A stretch of DNA of 64,000 bases from Fibrobacterota bacterium. Its GTDB lineage: Bacteria > Fibrobacterota > Chitinivibrionia > Chitinivibrionales > Chitinispirillaceae. The stretch spans positions 9,932 through 73,931 of the forward strand of contig PLTF01000052.1 in assembly GCA_003164335.1 (NCBI GenBank), read 5' to 3'. The position numbers and the translations under genes were made by a program. Below the pieces are notes generated by a model, which worked only from the letters and a program-made list of their open reading frames with translations, was not told where the DNA came from and did not search any database. Of the stretch, positions 24,766-32,791 are shown piece after piece; the stretch's first letter is position 1, and each line of letters starts with the position of its first letter.

Positions 24766-27369
24766 ATGAATACGTTAAAAGCCGCTTTGGTACTCTCAAT
24801 TATCTTCGGAGCCCAGACGCTGTTCGGCCAGATAGCCTTTACCAAGGATTCGGTCAGCGTCACGGGGGCGATGGCCGGCGGCAATACATTGTACGTCAAA
24901 GTATGCAGCCCGAGCATTATTCGCGTTTGTTACGTTGCCGGAACCACGATTCCGGCCGATACGGGGAATTATCTCGTGGTCAAGGGGAGCTGGAGCCCCG
25001 TTTCCTGGGATACCACCCAGAGTTCGACGATGCTGTACATCAACACCTCGGCACTGCAGGTGGCCATCGATAAAACCAGCGGAGCGGTTTCCTTCTCCAC
25101 GGTGAGCGGAACGCCGATTGTGAACGAGGTCTCAGGATCAAAATCGCTGACGCCGGTTACCATCTCCGGAGTGAGCGCGTATGCCGGGGCCTTTGCCTTT
25201 AATGCGACGAGCACGGAAGGCCTGTACGGCTTCGGTCAATTCCAGAACAGCCTTTTAAATCAGCTGGGGCAGACCGATTCTCTTGTCCAGCATAATCAGA
25301 CCGATTGCTCACCCTTCTTCATGTCGACCCGGGGTTTCGGCGTGCTCTGGGTCAATTATTCGAGGGGGGCGGCCGCAACCTCCACTTCCGCGCTGAATCT
25401 TTCCTGTTCGTGGGCAACCAACAATGCGATCGACTACTATTTTGTTTACGGGCCCGAATTCGACCAGATCATCGCCGGATATCGCACGATCACCGGCCAG
25501 GCGGTCATGTGGCCGAAATGGGCCTACGGATTCTGGCAATGCAGAAATTATTATGCTTCCCAGAGCGAGCTCATGACGGTTGTGAAGAATTACCGGAGCA
25601 AGAATTATCCGATCGATAATATCGTCCAGGACTGGAATTACTATCCGTCCGGTTTTAACGGCTGCCAGTGTTTCGACCCAAGCCGCTATCCGAACATTGC
25701 TGCGGCGATTGATACACTGCACAATTCGCTGCATTGCCATTTTACCATTTCGGTCTGGCCGTCGTTCACCGCCACGACCGGCAACAACAACTATACGTTC
25801 ATGAACGCGCACGGCTATTTACTTACGGTCAATGATTACCTCGGCCAGACCTATGATGCCCTGAACGACAGTGCCTCGTTTTATTACTGGAAATTTATAA
25901 ATGACAGCCTTATTTCAAAAAATATCGATGGGTTCTGGCCCGATGCGACCGAGCCTGAAGCCTTCGGCTGGCCATTCTGCGGAACCGCCAAAGGCCCGGC
26001 ACAGGAATATGGAAATATTTTTCCGCTGATTCACAGCAAAACGCTCTATGACGGCTACCGCAAGGCTTTTAACGGCACGAAAAGGGTAACAAACCTGACA
26101 CGATCGTACTATGCCGGATCTCAGCGCCTGGGCGCTGCCTACTGGACCGGCGACGTGGGGACGGATTTCGGTACGCTGGAGGCACAGATACCCGCAGGGT
26201 TGGATTTCTGCATGACCGGCATGCCGTACTTTACAACAGATATCGGAGGGTTTACCGGCAACAATACCGCTGAGTTGGAGACTCGCTGGTTTGAGTGGGG
26301 TTCCTTCAATTCGGTATTCCGCGTCCACGGCACCAGATCATGCAACGAAGTTTGGTGCTGGAACGATGCCACGGGAGGAAATCTATCGCCGCTCCCGCAA
26401 ACGGAATCGATCCTTGTCAATTACCTCAATCTGCGCTATCGGCTTTTTCCTTACATTTATTCGCTTGCCGGCATGGTCACTCAGAATGGCTATACCATAA
26501 TGCGCGCTTTGCCCTTTGATTTCAGGAATGATCCCAATGTGTATAATATTAATTTTCAATTCATGTTCGGCCCGGCATTTCTTGTATGTCCGGTTTATAC
26601 CGGGGGGACTACCTCGATTTCGGTCTATCTGCCTTCGTCGACGTGGTATAATTTCTGGACGGGTGATACCACCATTTCGAAGGCGGGCAGAACGATAACC
26701 GCAAGCGCCCCGCTCGACACGATGCCGCTTTTTATCCGCGCCGGATCGATCGTGCCCATGGGACCGGAGGTTAAGTACGCCGATTCGGCGGCCGACCCGA
26801 TCGAGCTGCGGGTGTATACCGGAGCGAACGGATCCTTTAATATTTACGAAGACGAAAACGATAATTACAACTACGAGAACGGCGCCTTTGCAACCATTCC
26901 GGTTGTCTGGAACGATGCGACCGACATACTCACCGTCGGACCGACAATCGGATCGTTCTCGGGAATGCTGAAGACCCGCACCTTCAAGGTCGTCTGGGTT
27001 TCCCATCACCATGGGGTCGGCGAGCCGGTCACACCGGACAGCGTCGTCGACCGGACGTTTACCTACAGCGGAAGCACGGTCACAATTGATAAGTTTACCG
27101 GCCAGATTAAGGTCAAGCCCGAATCCCCAAAGCTCCGGACGGCGCAGTACACCCTTCGGCAGAGCAGGGGAATGCTGATCGCGGCACTCGGCGGCAATCA
27201 GGAGTGGGAGGTACGGGTGACAACGCTTCAGGGCCGGGAAATAGTTGCCCGGACGATACGAGGAGGGACGCAGTCGGTCATTGCCCGGGGGCTTTCCAGC
27301 GGGGCGTATCTGGTCAGCCTGAAATACAACGGGTTGGTAATTGCCAATAAATCAATGCTTATTCAATAG
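24766..27369 (+). CDS. GH31 family glycoside hydrolase with a T9SS type-A C-terminal sorting domain (paralog 2)
   Basis: Signal peptide MNTLKAALVLSIIFGAQTLFGQ. GH31 motifs DGFWPDATEPE, YWTGDVGT and KWAYGFWQCRN. Tail GMLIAALGGNQEWEVRVTTLQGREIV...GAYLVSLKYNG...MLIQ. Start at the ATG after SD AGGAG; the ORF track start at 24643 reads through repeat copy A. Confidence 0.75.
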   Translation: MNTLKAALVLSIIFGAQTLFGQIAFTKDSVSVTGAMAGGNTLYVKVCSPSIIRVCYVAGTTIPADTGNYLVVKGSWSPVSWDTTQSSTMLYINTSALQVAIDKTSGAVSFSTVSGTPIVNEVSGSKSLTPVTISGVSAYAGAFAFNATSTEGLYGFGQFQNSLLNQLGQTDSLVQHNQTDCSPFFMSTRGFGVLWVNYSRGAAATSTSALNLSCSWATNNAIDYYFVYGPEFDQIIAGYRTITGQAVMWPKWAYGFWQCRNYYASQSELMTVVKNYRSKNYPIDNIVQDWNYYPSGFNGCQCFDPSRYPNIAAAIDTLHNSLHCHFTISVWPSFTATTGNNNYTFMNAHGYLLTVNDYLGQTYDALNDSASFYYWKFINDSLISKNIDGFWPDATEPEAFGWPFCGTAKGPAQEYGNIFPLIHSKTLYDGYRKAFNGTKRVTNLTRSYYAGSQRLGAAYWTGDVGTDFGTLEAQIPAGLDFCMTGMPYFTTDIGGFTGNNTAELETRWFEWGSFNSVFRVHGTRSCNEVWCWNDATGGNLSPLPQTESILVNYLNLRYRLFPYIYSLAGMVTQNGYTIMRALPFDFRNDPNVYNINFQFMFGPAFLVCPVYTGGTTSISVYLPSSTWYNFWTGDTTISKAGRTITASAPLDTMPLFIRAGSIVPMGPEVKYADSAADPIELRVYTGANGSFNIYEDENDNYNYENGAFATIPVVWNDATDILTVGPTIGSFSGMLKTRTFKVVWVSHHHGVGEPVTPDSVVDRTFTYSGSTVTIDKFTGQIKVKPESPKLRTAQYTLRQSRGMLIAALGGNQEWEVRVTTLQGREIVARTIRGGTQSVIARGLSSGAYLVSLKYNGLVIANKSMLIQ

Positions 27370-27380
27370 AAGGAGAGAAT

Positions 27381-28754
27381 GTGATCCCGTTAAAATCCCG
27401 CACGGTTGCAATTATTCTTCTATGGCTTTCTGCCATGGCCCCATCATTCGGTCGAATCGACATTAAAACCGCCGATTCCAGCATCGATCTCGGCGTAACT
27501 ACCGCAGGCTGGATGACAACAGGGCAGTATAGAAATTTATTTTCGAATAGCGATAAACCAATACAACTTCAATGGCTGCAGCAGGAATTTCTGGATTTCG
27601 GTGTTGATGCGGTTATCAATAAGCGGATCAAAGTCGTCGGGGCTCTTGAGGGAGAAATGTGGCAGAATGCCCCCAAAGGAGGGGCAAGCAGCCAGTCATA
27701 TTATGTTTGGAGATACAACAGCACCTTTATTGTTGATAAAGCTTACGGAGAGTATACTTTCGGCGATATCAACGCGCCGTTTCTCGATATTACCGTCGGT
27801 CATTTTCCCTTCAAGTATAATCCCGATGTCCGCAACCTGGGTGAATATCTCTTCCGAAGCGGCACCTATCCGGCCTATCTTATCAATAATTTCGATGAAC
27901 CGTTTGCCAGGCTGACCGGAATCAAGTTCAGCAGCGATTTGGCGGGCAGGCTGCATCAGGATCTCATCGTTTCCTTCGCCACGGATTTCCCTCCTTATGG
28001 AGATGCGTCAATTTCCTATATCGGAAACTGCAGCTTCGGGAACCTTTTCAATGTGGGATGGGGAGCGCAGTGGGCAAACCTGCTATCGGTGGACGAGAGT
28101 CAGACCACGCCTGAAAACTCCGTCGGCAACACCGATATCATGTATGTCCAAAACGGGGATACCGGATATTATACTTTCAGGGGGATCAAGCTGATGGGCC
28201 GTTTCAGCTTTGATCCCAAACCGCTTTTTCCAAAAACGGATCTCTTCGGCGAAGAAGATTGCAGGCTTTATGGCGAGGCGGCGATTCTCGGGTTGCAATC
28301 GTATCCGGCAAATGATTCCGGCTCATATGCAACGGAAGGCTATTCTACGCAAAAAAATCTTTGGGGCTATGATACCCTGGCCTATAAAATACCCGTGGTC
28401 CTGGGATTCAATGTTCCAACATTCAAACTCCTGGATGTGCTCGGAGCCGAAGTCGAGTGGTACGGCTGCAAATATCCCGATAATCTTGCCTATGTGGATG
28501 GCAAAGGGGGCAGCCCAAGTCTTCCGTTGCCGTATCATTACGTCAGACAGCCGTATGATTTCGATAATTGGAAATGGTCGATTTATGCGAAGAAGATGTT
28601 CGCGCACGATCATTTTGGGGTAATCGTTCAATGCGCGCGGGATCATTCGCGACTGCAATCATTACAGGATGATAATGCCTACTATGAGCTTGAAGAAGCG
28701 CAGACCCTTCCCAACCAATGGTACTGGATGACGAAACTGGTCGCTCAATTCTAA
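27381..28754 (+). CDS. Hypothetical secreted protein, probably an outer-membrane beta-barrel (ends in aromatic Phe), embedded between GH31 paralogs
   Basis: Signal peptide MIPLKSRTVAIILLWLSAMAPSFG. 457 aa rich in Y/W/G/N/D with alternating hydrophobic patterns. C-terminal ...WYWMTKLVAQF. GTG start 3 nt after AGGAGAGAA. Confidence 0.35.
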   Translation: MIPLKSRTVAIILLWLSAMAPSFGRIDIKTADSSIDLGVTTAGWMTTGQYRNLFSNSDKPIQLQWLQQEFLDFGVDAVINKRIKVVGALEGEMWQNAPKGGASSQSYYVWRYNSTFIVDKAYGEYTFGDINAPFLDITVGHFPFKYNPDVRNLGEYLFRSGTYPAYLINNFDEPFARLTGIKFSSDLAGRLHQDLIVSFATDFPPYGDASISYIGNCSFGNLFNVGWGAQWANLLSVDESQTTPENSVGNTDIMYVQNGDTGYYTFRGIKLMGRFSFDPKPLFPKTDLFGEEDCRLYGEAAILGLQSYPANDSGSYATEGYSTQKNLWGYDTLAYKIPVVLGFNVPTFKLLDVLGAEVEWYGCKYPDNLAYVDGKGGSPSLPLPYHYVRQPYDFDNWKWSIYAKKMFAHDHFGVIVQCARDHSRLQSLQDDNAYYELEEAQTLPNQWYWMTKLVAQF

Positions 28755-28789
28755 AAGACCTCAACCCATTCATAAAGAAGGAGATTATC

Positions 28790-31402
28790 ATGAAAGTGCC
28801 TCTTACGATTCAAGCTGCTTTCGCGGGGCTCTTCGTACTGATCCAGACGGGCTTCGGCCTGAGCGTGTCGACATACCAGCAGGACAGCGCCGGAATAACA
28901 TTTACGCTCAATCCCGGGATCATGCGCGTTCAGGTATGCCAGAGCGACATCGTGCACGTGACCTATGCGCCGGGGTCTTCGTTTCCCGCAAAAACGCAAC
29001 TGGTGGTCCTCAGGACCTGGCCTACTCCTACCTTTGCAGTTACAGCGTCAGGCGACACGGTTACGCTGGCAACCTCCCGCCTGAGCATCAAGGTGAGTTT
29101 GTCAACGGCAAATGTCACGTACGCCGACTCGACCAATACCCGAATCGTCGGCGAGACCGGCAAATCTGTGCTCTCGTCAACGGTAGATGGCGTCATAAGC
29201 ACCGATTCGATTACGACCTCTTACACCTCTCCGACGAACGAAGGGCTGTTCGGGCTCGGCCAGCATATGGTCCAGGTCGGCGGCGGATCGACTTTTAACA
29301 ATTATAAGGGCATCAGCTCGGTGTATCTGGGTAATGAGTATGGAAATCCGGGGAGTACCTATTTTAATGCAGTTCCGGTACTCATTTCCACCCGCGGGTA
29401 TGGCATCTACTGGGACAATTATTCGAGAGGCTACTTCCATGGGGCGGATTTAAGCAATACCCAGTATCATTACATGTCGCAGTGCGGCCAGATGCTTGAT
29501 TATTATTTCTTTTTCGGGCCGACGATCGATTCGGTGATTGCCAAATACCGGACGACGACCGGAGTTGCTCCCATGTTTCCCAAGTGGTGCTACGGCCTCA
29601 TCCAGTCGAAAGACCACTACGGGTCGCAGGCTGAATATCTCGCCGTTAAAACCGGCTATCGGAGCAATAACATTCCCGTCGATTGCATCGTCCAGGACTG
29701 GCAGTACTGGGGCTCTACCGGCGAACAGGGTTGCAACTGTTTCGACAACAGCTGGACCAACATCCCGGCGATGATCGATACGATGCATACGGCGAACATT
29801 CATACCATGCTCTCGGTATGGTCGGAAGTGGCGAGCGGCTCCTCGAATTATACCACGCTCAACGGGATGGGGGCGCTCTGGCCTTCGAGCGGCAGCGACC
29901 ATTTTCTCGACCCCTTCGATTCGGCCGGAAGGGAGCAGTTCTGGAATTTTATGCGGGATCAGCTTTTCATCCCGGAAGGCTGGGACTCCTGGTGGCTTGA
30001 CAATGACGAACCTTTCGCCTACCCGTACGGCTTCGGGAGCAGGGATACGATTACCACGCACATGGGCAGGAACGGCCTCTATTACAATGCTTACCCGTTC
30101 TACCTCACGAAGATGGGGTGGAATAACTGGAGGCGGGATATTTCGGGAAAGCGGTTCGTGATCCTGCACCGCTGCACCTTCGCTGGGGAACAGGCGCACT
30201 CCGCAATGACGTGGAGTAACGACGTCTACTGCAGTTTCGGCAATCTGGCTAATTCGATTCCCGCCGGGCTGGGTGCAACCATTTCCGGCCTGCCCTACTG
30301 GTGCACCGACATCGGCGGCTATTGGGGCTCCAGCTGCGATTTCACCCAGGACACGGCCCGGGAGCTTATGACGCGGTGGTTCCAATACGGTGTTTTCCAG
30401 CCGGTGTGCCGGATTCACGGGAACATGGAGTCCGGGCAGGGCAAGGAGTTGTATTCGTCAACGTGGGACTCAACCACGAAAGCCAATCTCCTGTATTTGG
30501 ATAAGCTCCGTTACCGGCTTATGCCATACATTTACTCTCTGGCCTGGATGACCACCAACAGCAGTTATACTCCAATGCGCCATTTAGTCATGGATTTCAC
30601 CTCTGATACTGCGGTTAAGAGTATCGGCAACGAATACATGTTCGGGCCGGCATTTCTCGTGACCCCGGTGACCACCAAGGGCGCTACCTCGGCTTCGGTT
30701 TATATGCCGGCCGGGACCTGGTACAACTTCTGGACAGGCGCAAGCCTCACCGGCGGTCAGAAGACAACCGTCAGTGCGCCACGAAGCCAGATTCCTCTTC
30801 TGATGCGGGCAGGATCCATCGTTCCCATGGGCCCGGAGATCCAGTATGCGACACAGAGGGCCGATACCATCGAGCTTCGGGTTTATCCGGGAGCAAACGG
30901 ATCGGTTACCCTCTATGAGGACGAGGGCGACAACTATAATTACCAGTCCGGTAATTATGCGACGATTCCTATCACCTATAACGATGCGGCGAAAGTGGTG
31001 ACCATCGGTGCGCGGAGCGGAAGTTTCACCGGCATGCTCCAGAACCGGGTATTCACGATTGTTTATGTCACTGCAAATCATGGCGTGGGTGAGCCCGTTA
31101 CCACGAATCCGGACTGCATTATCAATTATTCCGGATCGCAGGTTACCGGATGTCCGGTGGGCACCCTGCACGAGTCTTCCGCAGTTCCTCATGAGCAGAC
31201 CAATTTTCAGCTCACTGTGGCAACCGATCACATCATCCTGGCCGCTTCGTTGGCCGGTCGGACGAAATCCGTTGAGATCTACGATCTCGGCGGCAGACTC
31301 GTGGGCAGCAAGTCGTTCCGGAAAAACAGCTTCGATATTAGCCGGGAGTTTGGAGTCGGAAAGGGAATGTATATACTTAAGGTACGATTGACGGAAAAAT
31401 AA
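28790..31402 (+). CDS. GH31 family glycoside hydrolase with a T9SS type-A C-terminal sorting domain (paralog 3, most divergent)
   Basis: Signal peptide MKVPLTIQAAFAGLFVLIQTGFG. GH31 motifs WDSWWLDNDEPF, TWSNDVYC and KWCYGLIQSKD. Tail HIILAASLAGRTKSVEIYDLGGRLV...GMYILKVRLTEK. Start at the ATG after AAGGAG; the ORF track begins at 28718. Confidence 0.75.
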   Translation: MKVPLTIQAAFAGLFVLIQTGFGLSVSTYQQDSAGITFTLNPGIMRVQVCQSDIVHVTYAPGSSFPAKTQLVVLRTWPTPTFAVTASGDTVTLATSRLSIKVSLSTANVTYADSTNTRIVGETGKSVLSSTVDGVISTDSITTSYTSPTNEGLFGLGQHMVQVGGGSTFNNYKGISSVYLGNEYGNPGSTYFNAVPVLISTRGYGIYWDNYSRGYFHGADLSNTQYHYMSQCGQMLDYYFFFGPTIDSVIAKYRTTTGVAPMFPKWCYGLIQSKDHYGSQAEYLAVKTGYRSNNIPVDCIVQDWQYWGSTGEQGCNCFDNSWTNIPAMIDTMHTANIHTMLSVWSEVASGSSNYTTLNGMGALWPSSGSDHFLDPFDSAGREQFWNFMRDQLFIPEGWDSWWLDNDEPFAYPYGFGSRDTITTHMGRNGLYYNAYPFYLTKMGWNNWRRDISGKRFVILHRCTFAGEQAHSAMTWSNDVYCSFGNLANSIPAGLGATISGLPYWCTDIGGYWGSSCDFTQDTARELMTRWFQYGVFQPVCRIHGNMESGQGKELYSSTWDSTTKANLLYLDKLRYRLMPYIYSLAWMTTNSSYTPMRHLVMDFTSDTAVKSIGNEYMFGPAFLVTPVTTKGATSASVYMPAGTWYNFWTGASLTGGQKTTVSAPRSQIPLLMRAGSIVPMGPEIQYATQRADTIELRVYPGANGSVTLYEDEGDNYNYQSGNYATIPITYNDAAKVVTIGARSGSFTGMLQNRVFTIVYVTANHGVGEPVTTNPDCIINYSGSQVTGCPVGTLHESSAVPHEQTNFQLTVATDHIILAASLAGRTKSVEIYDLGGRLVGSKSFRKNSFDISREFGVGKGMYILKVRLTEK

Positions 31403-31454
31403 TCGGTGAGGGAGGAGGGGGGAACCGGATCACCTTTTATTCGAGGGAGGAATT

Positions 31455-32660
31455 ATGGCACGCACCTTATTGCTTATGAGTCTTTTGCTCTGCGCCGTTG
31501 TGTCGCAGGGGTTTTCCAAGGCAGCCGATTCCTGTCAGCCCGGCACCACCAAGATGTCCGACGGCACGACCATGCATTTCCGTTTGTATATTCCCCGCGG
31601 GTACTCGAACCAGCACAAGTACCCGCTGGTAATGGTCATGCATGGGATCGGCGAGTGCGGAAACGACGATTCAATCCAGGTCGACCACGAGTATATGACC
31701 CATCAGTGGATGCTCGACAGCGTCAAAAGTAAATACCAGCCGTTCATCCTCTATCCTCAGTGCCCGAGTTCATCCTACGAGTGGGGCTATTTTAACACCG
31801 GTACCGCCGCCCAAAAAGGATATGCCGCACTGCCCGCCGTTGCCGCAGTTAATGTCATCGACTCCCTTATCAAAGTGTATCCCATTGATACTACCCGCCT
31901 GTATATCGGCGGCCTTTCATGGGGCGGCCTCGGTACCGAAGCCCTCATGATGAGCTATCCGACCAAATTCGCCGCGACGTTTCCCTGTGCCGGCGAAAAT
32001 TACCTCGATAGCATCAATGTCATGACTAAAACGCCGTTCTGGATGTTTCACGGCCTCTCCGACGGAACGGTCACGGTGAAGCCCGACACACAGTTCGTCA
32101 CGGCAGTGATAAAATCCGGGATTCCGGTTGTGAAGTTTTACGCCTCGCAGGATTCATCGAGCGGCCCGAATTTCACGGTGGCAAATCCGACCGGCATTTC
32201 GGCAGATTCGCTGAACAACGCCGTTGTCAACGGCGCCGAATATTTGTTTTTCGGGGTAAACAAGGGAAACCATAACTCCGGTTGGCATATGGCATTCTAC
32301 AGTCCCCTGCTCGTTCCCTGGCTCATGTCGAAATCGAGGGTAAACGGAAATACGGTATTTACCTGGCCAGCGCCGGGGCCGGGGTCGGTGACGGCGGTCA
32401 AGGAGGCGTCGAAACCGCTCATTCCGGGCAATGCTTTTACCGCCGCACACGGTATCATCCGCTGGGAGGGCGTTTCATCCCTTCCTGCCCGAATTACACT
32501 TTTCTCTGCCCGGGGTTCTCTCCTGAAGCGTTACCGCATCGGGAGCTCGATGGGCGAACTGGTTTGTTCCGGACTGCCGGCAGGAGTGTACCTGGTTGGT
32601 CTGGAGACAGCGCGAAGTTCCGCAGCCGGGTCCAGAGCGATCATGATTATAGGCAAATAG
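31455..32660 (+). CDS. Secreted alpha/beta-hydrolase esterase (CE1 / PHB-depolymerase-type carbohydrate esterase family) with a T9SS type-A C-terminal sorting domain
   Basis: Signal peptide present. VMVMHGIGECGNDD and the nucleophile elbow YIGGLSWGGLGT (G-x-S-x-G). Tail ITLFSARGSLL...GVYLVGLE...IMIIGK. Confidence 0.55.
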   Translation: MARTLLLMSLLLCAVVSQGFSKAADSCQPGTTKMSDGTTMHFRLYIPRGYSNQHKYPLVMVMHGIGECGNDDSIQVDHEYMTHQWMLDSVKSKYQPFILYPQCPSSSYEWGYFNTGTAAQKGYAALPAVAAVNVIDSLIKVYPIDTTRLYIGGLSWGGLGTEALMMSYPTKFAATFPCAGENYLDSINVMTKTPFWMFHGLSDGTVTVKPDTQFVTAVIKSGIPVVKFYASQDSSSGPNFTVANPTGISADSLNNAVVNGAEYLFFGVNKGNHNSGWHMAFYSPLLVPWLMSKSRVNGNTVFTWPAPGPGSVTAVKEASKPLIPGNAFTAAHGIIRWEGVSSLPARITLFSARGSLLKRYRIGSSMGELVCSGLPAGVYLVGLETARSSAAGSRAIMIIGK

Positions 32661-32791
32661 AGATCCGACTTACGGTTCGGGAACATCGGGGCGCAAAACG
32701 CGCCGTGCTGGGTGTATCACAAAAAAAACAGCCGGGATGCACTGGCCCGGGGGTAATTATATTATAATAAACCCTAACGCTTGGATGGCCT

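Noticed and set aside
32661-32791. A-run followed by CCGGG...CCCGG hairpin
   Set aside because: It was considered as a terminator, but the A-run precedes rather than follows the hairpin on the plus strand, and no minus-strand gene ends here. It was not called.
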